Assembly (NCBI GenBank): GCA_003173895.1
Contig: PJMG01000002.1
Location: 26,974 to 90,973, forward strand
Direction: 5' to 3'
From: Candidatus Levyibacteriota bacterium
GTDB lineage: Bacteria > Patescibacteriota > Microgenomatia > Levybacterales > UBA12049
DNA: 64,000 nt
The notes below the pieces were generated by a model. The model worked only from the letters and a program-made list of their open reading frames with translations, did no database searches and had not been told where the DNA came from. Made by a program: the position numbers and the translations under genes. This document shows, in pieces, positions 18,716 to 28,819 of the stretch (its first letter is position 1; every line of letters starts with the position of its first letter).

Positions 18716-20341
18716 ATGATAAATATTAATCAAATCACTTTAAACGTACCAAACGGCTTATTTAAAAATACGGTTTCTAATTTTTTTAAAAAATATGCAA
18801 TTGTGTTTCTATCCATTATTTTATCTATTATTTCAATTGGTTCTTTTATACTTTTTTATAAAAATGGATTAGGGCTAGCCTACAATGATGCTAGATCACA
18901 TTTAGATATCGGCCGCCGCGTGGTAGAAGGTCTTAAACCAGGATTAGCTCAATTAGGTTCTGTTTGGCTACCTTTACCTCATATGCTCATGATTCCTACT
19001 ATTTGGAATGATTTTATGTGGCATTCTGGTCTTTCAGGTGCTTTACAATCCATGATTTCATTTGTAGGTACAGGTATTATTATTTACGTTTTCCTTAAAA
19101 AACTTAATGTTAACTTTATTGGAAGAATAATTGGTTTATTAGTTTTCGTGGCCAATTGGAACGTTTTATATCTTCAATCAACTGCTATGACTGAATTATT
19201 ACTTATTGGAACTATGACTGCTGGTGTTTATTATTTACTAATTTGGCAAGATTCAGAGAAAATTTTAGATTTAATTAAAGCCTCATTTTGGATAATGCTT
19301 TCTACTTTAAATCGTTATGATGGTTGGTTTTTATTAGTCATGGCAACTATTTTAGTAGGAATTATTACTTTAAGAAAACGCGGATATAAAGTAACTGAAG
19401 GTGTTATATTATTATTTTTAACATTAGCAGGAATTGGAATTGCATTATGGGTTTTATGGAATCTTCTTATTTTTAAAGATCCTTTATACTTTATCTTAGG
19501 CCCCTATTCTGCACATGCTCAGCAACAACAATTATCCCAAGCTGGTAACTTACCAACTAAGCATAATTTATGGCTTTCAACTTTTATATATTATTATGCA
19601 TTGGCTTTTAATGTAGGTATAGTAACACTTATCATAGGATCTATAGGAACTTTATTATTTTATTTTGATAAAAAAATTAGCTCAAACGTAAAGATTATTT
19701 GTTTAGCATTATTTGCGCCACTTATTTTTAATATTATTGCTTTATACTTTGGTTTTTCAGTTCTTTTTATTCAAGGTATTTCTGGAAATACTTGGTTTAA
19801 TGTTCGTTATGGAGTTATGATGGTCCCAACTATTGCTATTTTTATTGGCTATTTAGTAAGTAAACTTAAAAATTTTAGACCTGTACTTATAGGAGTTATT
19901 CTTATGATACTTTTCTTTTCCATGTCTAGTGCTGATGCTGTAACCGTAGATGATGCTAGAGTAGGTTCAAGCCAAGTAAATGTTAGTGCCGCTGGTAATT
20001 GGTTAAATCAAAATGCTAAAAATAAACCAGGATTTGTACTTATTTCTGCAGCTTCTCATGATGCTATAATTTTCTCATCAGGACTTCCAATGAGTAAATT
20101 TATTCATGAAGGAACTGGAGCTTATTGGTTATCTGCTACTAAAAGCCCAGATAGATGGGCTAGATGGATAGTTATGAGAACAAATGATAATACAGATCAG
20201 ACTTGGAAACTGGTTAGTAAATCTCCTGGTTTTAAACGTTTTAAGCTAGTTGGGCACTTCCCATTTGCAGATATTTATGAACTTAAGCCTCAATATCTAA
20301 ATCAACTGGAAACAAAACCTGTTTTCGGAAAACAAAAGTAA
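18716..20341 (+). CDS. Multi-pass GT-C glycosyltransferase (PMT/ArnT-like)
   Basis: YNDARSH acidic loop after TM1, WLPLPH, TAMTE, RYDGW, NVRYG; many TM segments. Confidence 0.7.
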   Translation: MININQITLNVPNGLFKNTVSNFFKKYAIVFLSIILSIISIGSFILFYKNGLGLAYNDARSHLDIGRRVVEGLKPGLAQLGSVWLPLPHMLMIPTIWNDFMWHSGLSGALQSMISFVGTGIIIYVFLKKLNVNFIGRIIGLLVFVANWNVLYLQSTAMTELLLIGTMTAGVYYLLIWQDSEKILDLIKASFWIMLSTLNRYDGWFLLVMATILVGIITLRKRGYKVTEGVILLFLTLAGIGIALWVLWNLLIFKDPLYFILGPYSAHAQQQQLSQAGNLPTKHNLWLSTFIYYYALAFNVGIVTLIIGSIGTLLFYFDKKISSNVKIICLALFAPLIFNIIALYFGFSVLFIQGISGNTWFNVRYGVMMVPTIAIFIGYLVSKLKNFRPVLIGVILMILFFSMSSADAVTVDDARVGSSQVNVSAAGNWLNQNAKNKPGFVLISAASHDAIIFSSGLPMSKFIHEGTGAYWLSATKSPDRWARWIVMRTNDNTDQTWKLVSKSPGFKRFKLVGHFPFADIYELKPQYLNQLETKPVFGKQK

Positions 20342-20342
20342 G

Positions 20343-21614
20343 ATGAAAAAATATGCCCTTACAATTTCTGCATCTATTCTCTTAATGTTTTTTATTTTTA
20401 CATTAGTTTCACATAGTGTAAAATCTAATGTAACTAATAAAACTTTTTGGCCGATTCAATCAATAGATACTATGAAATATTCTAGAGATGATTCTGCTGA
20501 TTCTTCTATTTATCAAAAAATACCAATAATTGTAAGTGAAGTGGCAAACCTTCATGCGAATTATATTTCGATAGATACTCCTTATGATGATCAATTTTAT
20601 CCTGTCCTTAAAGCATGGGTAGATGAAGCCAGACAAGAACATTTAAAAATCTGGTTTAGAGGAAATTTTTCTGCTTGGGAAGGATGGTTCGGATATCAAA
20701 AGTTTAGTAATCCAAATGAAGATCACGCTTTAGTTCATGACTTTATTATTAAACATCCAGATCTTTTTCAAAATGGAGATATTTTTACTTCTGTCCCTGA
20801 GGCAGAAAATGGTGTAATAGGTGATCCACGCGGTTCTGATGAAAAAACTCAACAGTTTAATCAATTTTTAATAACTTCATATAATAACTGTGTTAGTAGT
20901 TTTGAAATTATTCATAAGCAAGTTTCATGTGGTTACTTTAGTGTAAACGGCGATGTAGCAAAAGAGGTTTTAACACCAGAGACAATTAAGCAAATTGGTA
21001 ATGTAGTAGTTATAGACCACTATGTAGATAGTTCTGCTCAAATGGATGTGGATTTGCATTTTTTAACTAATAAATTCCCTAATGCAGAAATAATTCTGGG
21101 GGAATTTGGTGCACCTATTCCGGATATTAATGGAGACATGAATGAAACTCAGCAAGCAGAATTTTTAAATCAATTACTTAATGTTTTTTATGAAAATAAA
21201 AATGTAATTGGTGGAATTAATTATTGGGTAGGTTCAGGTGGATCAACCGCTCTTTATAGAGATGATAATACTGAGAAACCAGCGGTTAAAATAATGCAAA
21301 AGTATTACGACCCTTCAGTAGTAAGTGGAATCGTAACTAATACTGATGGTACTCCATTATCTAATATCTCTATATACGGTATAAATAATTTGCTCTTAGC
21401 CACTACTGATTCCAATGGTAATTATAGTTTTCCGGCTTTTTCAGATTCTCCTATGGAGTTAAGTATTAGTGATCCACATTATCAAAAAATTGATCAGATT
21501 ATTGTACCTAAAAATAGGCAAATGACATACAATATTATACTCTCTCCTAAGAAAACTAATATTATTTATAAAATACGTCTCTTTATAAATAGTTTATTTA
21601 ATTTGTCAAAATAG
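20343..21614 (+). CDS. Secreted or anchored clan GH-A-like glycoside hydrolase with a C-terminal carboxypeptidase-regulatory-like beta domain
   Basis: N-terminal signal/TM, PEAENG (possible acid/base), IDHY, LGEFG (possible nucleophile), NYW; VSGIVTNTDGTPL..TTDSNGNYSF. Confidence 0.6.
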   Translation: MKKYALTISASILLMFFIFTLVSHSVKSNVTNKTFWPIQSIDTMKYSRDDSADSSIYQKIPIIVSEVANLHANYISIDTPYDDQFYPVLKAWVDEARQEHLKIWFRGNFSAWEGWFGYQKFSNPNEDHALVHDFIIKHPDLFQNGDIFTSVPEAENGVIGDPRGSDEKTQQFNQFLITSYNNCVSSFEIIHKQVSCGYFSVNGDVAKEVLTPETIKQIGNVVVIDHYVDSSAQMDVDLHFLTNKFPNAEIILGEFGAPIPDINGDMNETQQAEFLNQLLNVFYENKNVIGGINYWVGSGGSTALYRDDNTEKPAVKIMQKYYDPSVVSGIVTNTDGTPLSNISIYGINNLLLATTDSNGNYSFPAFSDSPMELSISDPHYQKIDQIIVPKNRQMTYNIILSPKKTNIIYKIRLFINSLFNLSK

Positions 21615-21619
21615 ACTGT

Positions 21620-23152
21620 ATGTTTTTAAAAATTAAAAATAATTTTGGTCTAATTTTATTAATTTTCTTTATTAGTTTTATTTATTTTCTTACATTAAGA
21701 GGAGTTAATGGAAATTTATACCCTAATGGAAAAGGTAATGAAAAAATTATATCAAACACTCCTCCTTTTGAGACATCCCTAGAAAGAGGCAGATATGCTC
21801 AAACTATAGCAATTGCTGAGAATCATACATTCATTCTAGATAAATTTAGAAATTTTATAAAACCTGATTTAGCCTGGTATAATGGTCATTATTTTTCTCC
21901 ATTCCCTCCTGGAGTTTCAGTTTTAGCTACACCCTTTTATTTAATTGGTAAGAAGACGCAGTTAAATCAACTTTTTACTTTTTCTACTTCTGCAATTTTC
22001 TCTATTCTTACGGGCATTATACTTATTTTTATTGGTAAAAAAATTAATTTTTCTAATAGATCTATTGCTCTCATGCTTTTAGTTTATTTAGTAGCATCCA
22101 ACGGTTGGGCATATGGAGTAACTTTTTCTGCTCATCCTATTTCTGCTTTTATTATTTCCACTTTTTTTTTACTAGGTCTTAATATTAAACCTGGTAAGAA
22201 TAATATTTTAAATTTTATTTTACTAGGCTTTCTTTATGGATTAAATTTTTATATTGATTATCCTAACCTTTTTATTTTAATTCCCTTATTAATTTGGGCC
22301 GTGTTTAAAAGCTTTTCTAGTCATAATGAGAAGGAAAATTATGAAATTTCTATACCTTCCAGTTTATTATTTATAATTTTGTCATTTTTGGTTTCTCTTA
22401 TACCCTTTTTTATATTTAATTTTCATTATTATCATAAATGGATTGCTCTCACTAATAGTTATAATCTAAAAGCATTGGAAGAAAGAGGAGTAACTTTTTC
22501 TTATAACCATCTTTCTAATAGCCTATTTAATAAAAAATCATATTCTACCAGATTTGATTTTATGAGTATCCCACGTGGAATTTTTACGCTAATTTTTAGT
22601 AGTGATCGAGGATTATTATTTTTCTTTCCTATTTATATCTTTGGATTTTTAGGATTTATAATGGGGCTCTTTAAGAAAAATAAATTTATAATTCCTCTTT
22701 TTCTCACTTTTTTATTTGATTTGCTTTTATATGGTTCGTTTAATGATCCTTGGGGAGGATGGGCTTTTGGACCTAGATATTTAATCCCAGTTTTACCACT
22801 TTTCGCTATATTTATAGGCTTAGCATTTGAATACTTAGAAAAGAGAACAATTTTTAAAATTATTTTTAGTTTCTTATTTATATTTAGTTCTATAGTTGCT
22901 TTAGCAGGCGCACTTACTACTAATGCTGTACCTCCTATTATAGAAAATATTCCAAATACTCCTACTAATTTCATGCTTAATTTTCAATTTTTAATGAATA
23001 ATATGACGAGCTCTTTTTTCTATAATACATTTCTTAGACATATTTTATCTCCTTTCTCTTATTACTTAGCTCTATTATCAGTGACTATTTTAGTGATTCT
23101 ATTTATAATCTGGCTCCCATTATTACATATTGCAAAAAATACGAAAATGTGA
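21620..23152 (+). CDS. Multi-pass membrane protein, probable GT-C glycosyltransferase (paralogue of 16908..18713)
   Basis: PFETSLERGRYA, PDL, PGVS, DPWGGWAFGPRYLIP, GALTT shared with 16908..18713. Confidence 0.65.
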   Translation: MFLKIKNNFGLILLIFFISFIYFLTLRGVNGNLYPNGKGNEKIISNTPPFETSLERGRYAQTIAIAENHTFILDKFRNFIKPDLAWYNGHYFSPFPPGVSVLATPFYLIGKKTQLNQLFTFSTSAIFSILTGIILIFIGKKINFSNRSIALMLLVYLVASNGWAYGVTFSAHPISAFIISTFFLLGLNIKPGKNNILNFILLGFLYGLNFYIDYPNLFILIPLLIWAVFKSFSSHNEKENYEISIPSSLLFIILSFLVSLIPFFIFNFHYYHKWIALTNSYNLKALEERGVTFSYNHLSNSLFNKKSYSTRFDFMSIPRGIFTLIFSSDRGLLFFFPIYIFGFLGFIMGLFKKNKFIIPLFLTFLFDLLLYGSFNDPWGGWAFGPRYLIPVLPLFAIFIGLAFEYLEKRTIFKIIFSFLFIFSSIVALAGALTTNAVPPIIENIPNTPTNFMLNFQFLMNNMTSSFFYNTFLRHILSPFSYYLALLSVTILVILFIIWLPLLHIAKNTKM

Positions 23153-23195
23153 TAATATAGGCTTTACTTTTACAAAAAGTATCCTGCCTTATGAT

Positions 23196-24386
23196 ATGAA
23201 AGGCGGGATTTTTTTTAACCAAAAATTAGCTTCTATTTTTAAATTTTTAGCAGTAATTCTAGTTACTTTTGTATTTGGCAGTTTTACGCTTTTTAATCAG
23301 ACTTTTGCTTCTGAGACACCAATTTTTCCATCATGTAATGCTCCTGAAGGTTCAGTAATCGCTCCTCTTACTAATGGTGATCATGGAATAGTAGGAGATT
23401 CTTCCAGTCATACAGGTTCAGACATCGTTTATTCTGTGGATTCTAGTAGAGTTCTACAATGCTTTTGTAATGGATCAAGCGGAATTCAAACTAATTGGTG
23501 GGCCATTTCTGATTATAGTCAAATAGACTCTCTAGAAGCTCAAGGTTGGATTTACGTTCCTACAGGTGAATCCTGGGGACTTTCTAATCAAGCATATCTA
23601 GCACAAAATCTAAGCTACACCTGTGGAGGTAGCAGTAATAATTCAAACAGCTCAAATGACCCAGGCGGTAACGGTGGAAATGGATCAGTTTCAGCACCAG
23701 TCTGCAATGATCCTGTACCTGGAAGCACTCCTACCATTACCAGTATCTCTCAAGGAACAAATAGTCTAACTATTACCTGGACTCCAGCTTCAAATCCTGT
23801 CAGTTACTATTTAGTTGCTTACGGTACACAACCTGGTGACTATACCTTTGGTGACCCAAATGTAGGCAATGTAACCAGTTTTACCATTCAAGGCTTATCA
23901 GGTGGAACTACATATTATGTAGTGGTTAGAGCTGTAAATGGATGTAAACCAGGTGATTTGTCTAATGAAGTAAGTGCTACTCCAGATGGAGGAATTATAA
24001 ATACTCCAGCTTTAGGTTTTAATCCTTTAGTTTTAGGGGCTACATCTTCTGCTAGCTTAGCAAAAGATATTACAGCAGGAATTCAAGCATGTGGTCAATG
24101 TTTATGGTGGCCTATTATTTTAGCTGATATAGCAGCCCTTTTACTTTATTATCTTCTCGTTAGAAAACAACCATTTAAGATAAGCAGATTATTTGTGGGC
24201 GCTGCGATTAGTATAGTTGCATATATAGTTTTCTTAATTTTAAATAAAGGTAAAGTTTGTCCTGATGGAAGTATTTACTTATTCTTCTTAAGTATTCCAT
24301 GTAGATACTTCTGGGCACTGGACGGAGTAGTTTATATATTAATCAGCTGGTTTACCAGAGGTGTTAGTTCTTCAAAAAAATCTTAA
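23196..24386 (+). CDS. Surface protein: signal peptide, Cys-containing N-domain, Gly/Ser/Asn linker, fibronectin type III domain, three C-terminal TM helices
   Basis: LTITWTP..YLVAYG..FTIQGLSGGTTYYVVVRAVNG FN3 pattern; ATG at 23196 preferred over the TTG at 23130. Confidence 0.75.
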   Translation: MKGGIFFNQKLASIFKFLAVILVTFVFGSFTLFNQTFASETPIFPSCNAPEGSVIAPLTNGDHGIVGDSSSHTGSDIVYSVDSSRVLQCFCNGSSGIQTNWWAISDYSQIDSLEAQGWIYVPTGESWGLSNQAYLAQNLSYTCGGSSNNSNSSNDPGGNGGNGSVSAPVCNDPVPGSTPTITSISQGTNSLTITWTPASNPVSYYLVAYGTQPGDYTFGDPNVGNVTSFTIQGLSGGTTYYVVVRAVNGCKPGDLSNEVSATPDGGIINTPALGFNPLVLGATSSASLAKDITAGIQACGQCLWWPIILADIAALLLYYLLVRKQPFKISRLFVGAAISIVAYIVFLILNKGKVCPDGSIYLFFLSIPCRYFWALDGVVYILISWFTRGVSSSKKS

Positions 24387-24417
24387 TTCAATCTAATAAA
24401 TTTGGTATAGTTAACCT

Positions 24418-24984
24418 ATGAACATCATTTTTTTTAATATTCAATGGATGGGATTTAATATTTTTTTAGCACTTTGTGCTTTGGTTTTTGCTAAGCTTAC
24501 TTTTTCTATTAAAAATAAATTTCTTAAAGCTAGTTTTGGAATTCTTTGGATCGCTTTTCTTCCTAATACTATTTATTTATTAACCGATATAATTCATTTT
24601 AAAAGTAGTTTCCTTCAAGCAGATATAATTTCAAAAATTATAGTATCAATACAATATTTAATGCTTGAATTAACTGGTGTTATAACTTTTTTCTACGCTC
24701 TATCACCTTTTGAGCACGCGCTTTATAAGAAATTTAGAACCAAAAAAAATATTCTTAACACCACCATAGTTTTAGTTAATTTTATTATTGCCTTTGGTAT
24801 AGTATTAGGCAGAATACAAAGGATAAATTCTTGGGACTTATTTACTAATTTACAAAGAGTACTAATTATTAGTTTACAAACTTTATTATCTGTAAAATTA
24901 ATGTTTTATACTATTTTGTTTGGAATATTATTAAACTTAATATATTTCAGTTATAAAAAGCTTTTATATAGTAGAAAAAAATAA
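24418..24984 (+). CDS. DUF1361-family membrane protein
   Basis: NIFLA, WIAFLPNTIYLLTDIIH, GRIQRINSWD. Confidence 0.8.
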   Translation: MNIIFFNIQWMGFNIFLALCALVFAKLTFSIKNKFLKASFGILWIAFLPNTIYLLTDIIHFKSSFLQADIISKIIVSIQYLMLELTGVITFFYALSPFEHALYKKFRTKKNILNTTIVLVNFIIAFGIVLGRIQRINSWDLFTNLQRVLIISLQTLLSVKLMFYTILFGILLNLIYFSYKKLLYSRKK

Positions 24985-24985
24985 G

Positions 24986-25504
24986 CTATTTAACTTGGTA
25001 TGGATTTGGTTCACCTTCTGAAACAGCAATAGGTTGGATATTACTTTTATTAGAAACAGCTTCAATGATAGTTTGAGCAGTTTTATTATCAATACTTTCC
25101 CAAATATAAGTTTCTGGATCCTGATCTATAATTACGTTACCAACTCCATAGAGTCTTTGGATAAAATTTTGAGTAAAAGATGCATTTCTAATTTTTTGAT
25201 ATGGAATAGTTTCTGTATCTACATTGAAAACTCCTTGTTTTAACAGTATTGCATTATCTTCAATTAAATATTTTAAATTACTATATTCTAAGTAGGCTGT
25301 AAGATACACTATAAGTCCAAATAATGCAAAAAACCCTATGCTAATAGCAAAGGAAATCAAAAGATAATTTGGTACTTTTAGAAAACTGAATGAAATAAAA
25401 GAAACAGCGAATAAGAGTATGGAAAAAAATAAAAGTACTAAAATTCTAGGTAAAAGCCTGTAACTTAATGAAGCACTCCCTACTCCTATAAAATTATTCA
25501 TCAA
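24986..25504 (-). CDS. Membrane protein with a bacterial PH domain (bPH_2, YdbS-like)
   Basis: Two TM helices, then Y.I...I.LKQGVF...TIPYQKI...QNFIQRLYGVGNV. Confidence 0.8.
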   Translation of the reverse strand: MMNNFIGVGSASLSYRLLPRILVLLFFSILLFAVSFISFSFLKVPNYLLISFAISIGFFALFGLIVYLTAYLEYSNLKYLIEDNAILLKQGVFNVDTETIPYQKIRNASFTQNFIQRLYGVGNVIIDQDPETYIWESIDNKTAQTIIEAVSNKSNIQPIAVSEGEPNPYQVK

Positions 25505-25585
25505 TTAAATCAAAACATAAATTATTGTATTTTTCAATATATCAACAAACCGCTGTATAATTTTGATAAAATTAGAGTAGTATTT

Positions 25586-26758
25586 ATGAAATTAAAAATC
25601 TTTAAATTATTAAATTTTATTTTTATTATAGTATTTTTATTTCTTTACGCTTTACCCTTTATGCTCTACCCTTCAAAGGATTATGCTATTTATAATCCAA
25701 CAACTGTACCGAATAATAAAGTTGGTGCACATATTCTATTTCCTACAGAAATAGATGCTGCTGCTAATTTAGTGAATTCTAATGGTGGAGATTGGGGATA
25801 TGTAACTATACCAATCGCAATTACTGATTTAAATCTTCAGAAATGGCAAACTTTTATGGATAAAGCTAAACAGGATCACATAATTCCTATTTTACGACTG
25901 GCTACTGATGATGATTATTTTTCTACTGTCAATTGGAATAAACCAAAAGATTTAGACATTTTAGAATTTGCTAACTTTTTAGATTCACTTTCATGGCCCA
26001 CTAAAAATAGATATGTAGTCATTTTTAATGAACCAAATCGAAATGATGAATGGGGAGGACAATTAGATTCTGGTGAGTATGCCCAAATTTTAAGTTATGC
26101 TGTCACTGTTTTTAAATCTAAAAACTCTGATTTTTTTATTATTTCTGCTGGAATGGATAATGCTGCTGCTAATTCTTCTACTTCTGAGAATGAATATAAC
26201 TATTTATATGATATGAACCAAGCTGTACCCGGAATTTTTAATCAGATTGATGGATTAGGCAGTCATTCTTATCCAAATCCAGCATTTAGTGGAGCTCCAA
26301 ATGACACTTCTTATGAAAGTATTGATAGTTTTTCACATGAAGAAAATGAAATTAGTCAATTTACTAATAAGAAATTACCGGTTTTTATTACTGAAACTGG
26401 GTGGGATCAAAGTAAATTACCGTCTAGTGTAGTTTCTCAATATTTTCCTTATGCTTTTAAGAATGTTTGGAATGACTCAAATGTCATAGCTGTAACGCCG
26501 TTTTTACTTGAAGCAGGAGCACCTTTTAGTCAATTCTCTATCTTAACTTCTACCGGAGGTACGACAGATATTTCTCAAGCAATTACAGCAATTACTAAAA
26601 CAAAGGGACAACCTCAACTAAACCCAGATGTATTATCTGCCAGCATAGAAAATCCTAAAAGTTTACCTATTATCAAATTTAAAGCTACCAGTGTGGATAA
26701 TTTATCTAAGTATTTATCAGTAACTAAACAAATAGCCAAGTACTTATTGCATATATGA
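25586..26758 (+). CDS. Membrane-anchored clan GH-A glycoside hydrolase-like protein
   Basis: N-terminal TM, FNEPN (acid/base), SHSYP, ITETGW (nucleophile). Confidence 0.72.
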   Translation: MKLKIFKLLNFIFIIVFLFLYALPFMLYPSKDYAIYNPTTVPNNKVGAHILFPTEIDAAANLVNSNGGDWGYVTIPIAITDLNLQKWQTFMDKAKQDHIIPILRLATDDDYFSTVNWNKPKDLDILEFANFLDSLSWPTKNRYVVIFNEPNRNDEWGGQLDSGEYAQILSYAVTVFKSKNSDFFIISAGMDNAAANSSTSENEYNYLYDMNQAVPGIFNQIDGLGSHSYPNPAFSGAPNDTSYESIDSFSHEENEISQFTNKKLPVFITETGWDQSKLPSSVVSQYFPYAFKNVWNDSNVIAVTPFLLEAGAPFSQFSILTSTGGTTDISQAITAITKTKGQPQLNPDVLSASIENPKSLPIIKFKATSVDNLSKYLSVTKQIAKYLLHI

Positions 26759-27441
26759 TTACTATTATTCACGGAGAAAATATAAAGGAAAGTAGAAATT
26801 ATTTTTGGAATTTAAAACAAAAATCTCAAAATCCTATTTTTTATACTTCAGAAAATATAAATGCTTTAGATTTATTACAAAATTTAGCAAGTACTGGGCT
26901 ATTTGAAGACTCTAAAGATGTTTTTATAGAAAATCTTTTTTCATTAAAAAAACTTTCGGAAAAAGAAAAAATTATTAAAATTGTTTTAGAAAACGAAAAA
27001 AATAATCAAATAGTTATTTGGGAAAATAAAATTTTAACTCCCTCCATTTTAAAATCATTTAAAACTGCAGAAATTAAAAAATTTGATATTCCTCAGAAAA
27101 TATTCGCATTTTTAGATACTATTGGCATTGATAAAAAAAAATCTATTCAACTTTTTCACGAGATTTTAGAGAACGAAGAACCAGAATATATTTTTTTTAT
27201 GATAATTAGACATTTTAGAATTATGCTATCCTTAACTCCATCTCATACAACCACAATTGATGAAGTGAAGCGTTTAGCTCCTTGGCAAAAATCAAAATAT
27301 GAAAAGCAATTAAAAAGTATTGGTTTTGAGAGATTAAAAAATTTTTATTCTGATCTTTTTCTTACAGATTTTAAACAAAAAACTGGACAAAACCCGTTAA
27401 GCTTAATGCAAGCAATTGACATTCTTTTGCTTAAAATTTAA
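26755..27441 (+). CDS. holA: DNA polymerase III delta subunit (short, divergent)
   Basis: MITIIHGEN start, GLF, IFAFLD, MIIRHFR, PWQKSK, DFKQKTG. Confidence 0.78.
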   Translation: MITIIHGENIKESRNYFWNLKQKSQNPIFYTSENINALDLLQNLASTGLFEDSKDVFIENLFSLKKLSEKEKIIKIVLENEKNNQIVIWENKILTPSILKSFKTAEIKKFDIPQKIFAFLDTIGIDKKKSIQLFHEILENEEPEYIFFMIIRHFRIMLSLTPSHTTTIDEVKRLAPWQKSKYEKQLKSIGFERLKNFYSDLFLTDFKQKTGQNPLSLMQAIDILLLKI

Positions 27442-27459
27442 AATTAGATCTATCTAATT

Positions 27460-28818
27460 ATGACTATTGATCCTAAAATTTTTAAAGCTTATGATATCAG
27501 AGCTGTTTATCCTACAGACTTAGATGAAGAAAAAACTTATGCTATAGTTCAAGCATATATAAAGTTATTTAAACCAAAAAAAGTAGTTTTAGGTAAAGAC
27601 GTTCGAGAATCGGGACCTTCACTTTTTGATGCAGCACTTCGTGCCTTTCTAGAGGCAGGCGTCAATGTTATTGATATTGGAACTGTTTCTACCGATGAAT
27701 ATTATTTCGCTGTCGGTTCTATAGATTGTGATGGTGGCATTACCATTTCTGCTTCTCATAACCCTCGGGAATATAATGGATTAAATTTTTGTCTAAGAGA
27801 TGCTGTCCCTTTATCTTCAGAGAATGGTCTTTTAGAAATCCGAGATTTAGTTCTTAAAGATACTACTCCTCTAGTATCTCAAACCAAAGGCACCGTAGAA
27901 AAGCAGGATATAACGGAAGCTTTTCTAAAAAAAGCTATTAGTTTTATAGACCCAACTAAACTTAAACCAATGAAAATTGTAGCTAATGGAAATTTTGGTG
28001 TAGACGTAATGCTATTAAAAAAAGCAATTGAAATGTTTAATTTACCTTTAACTATATTTCCAATTAATGAAAATCCTGATGGGACATTTCCTAAAGGTCC
28101 ACCTAATCCGTTACTTCCTGAAAATAGAACTGAAACATTAGAAATGATTAGAAAAACAGGTGCAGATTTAGCTGTTTCATGGGATGCTGATGGAGATAGA
28201 TGTTTTTTCGCCGATGAAACTGCTAATTTTATAGAAGGTTATTTCATCACAGCAGTTATAGCTCAGGAATTACTTCAAAAATATCCAGGAAGTAAAATAA
28301 TAATAGACCCAAGACTTACTTGGGCTACAACAGAAGCTATTACTAAAAACGGTGGAATCCCTATAGTTTGTAAACCTGGTATGACTATTATTGCGGCTCG
28401 TATGAAATCTGAAGATGCTTTGTTTGGTGGTGAAATGTCATCTCACTTTTATTTTAGAGATAATTATTATCGTGATAATGGTATTATTCCACTTCTTTTA
28501 ATTTTAGAAATTTTATCAGAAAAAAATACTACACTTTCTCAAATAGTAGCTCCATTTATTAACAAATATTTTATAACTGGCGAATTAAATTTCGAAACAG
28601 AGAAAAAAGATGAAATTATCGAAGCAACTAAAGAAAAATATTCTGATGGGAAACAAGAATTTATAGATGGACTTTCTGTAGAATATTCTGATTGGAGATT
28701 TAATTTAAGAAAATCTAATACAGAACCACTTCTTCGTTTAAACTTAGAAGCTTTATCTAAAGATAAAATGGAAGAAAAAAGAGACGAAATAGTTAACTTC
28801 ATAAAGTCTTTTAATTAA
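27460..28818 (+). CDS. manB: Phosphomannomutase/phosphoglucomutase
   Basis: FKAYDIR, SASHNP (phospho-Ser), WDADGDR, GEMSSHFYF, RKSNTEP. Confidence 0.93.
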   Translation: MTIDPKIFKAYDIRAVYPTDLDEEKTYAIVQAYIKLFKPKKVVLGKDVRESGPSLFDAALRAFLEAGVNVIDIGTVSTDEYYFAVGSIDCDGGITISASHNPREYNGLNFCLRDAVPLSSENGLLEIRDLVLKDTTPLVSQTKGTVEKQDITEAFLKKAISFIDPTKLKPMKIVANGNFGVDVMLLKKAIEMFNLPLTIFPINENPDGTFPKGPPNPLLPENRTETLEMIRKTGADLAVSWDADGDRCFFADETANFIEGYFITAVIAQELLQKYPGSKIIIDPRLTWATTEAITKNGGIPIVCKPGMTIIAARMKSEDALFGGEMSSHFYFRDNYYRDNGIIPLLLILEILSEKNTTLSQIVAPFINKYFITGELNFETEKKDEIIEATKEKYSDGKQEFIDGLSVEYSDWRFNLRKSNTEPLLRLNLEALSKDKMEEKRDEIVNFIKSFN

Positions 28819-28819
28819 T

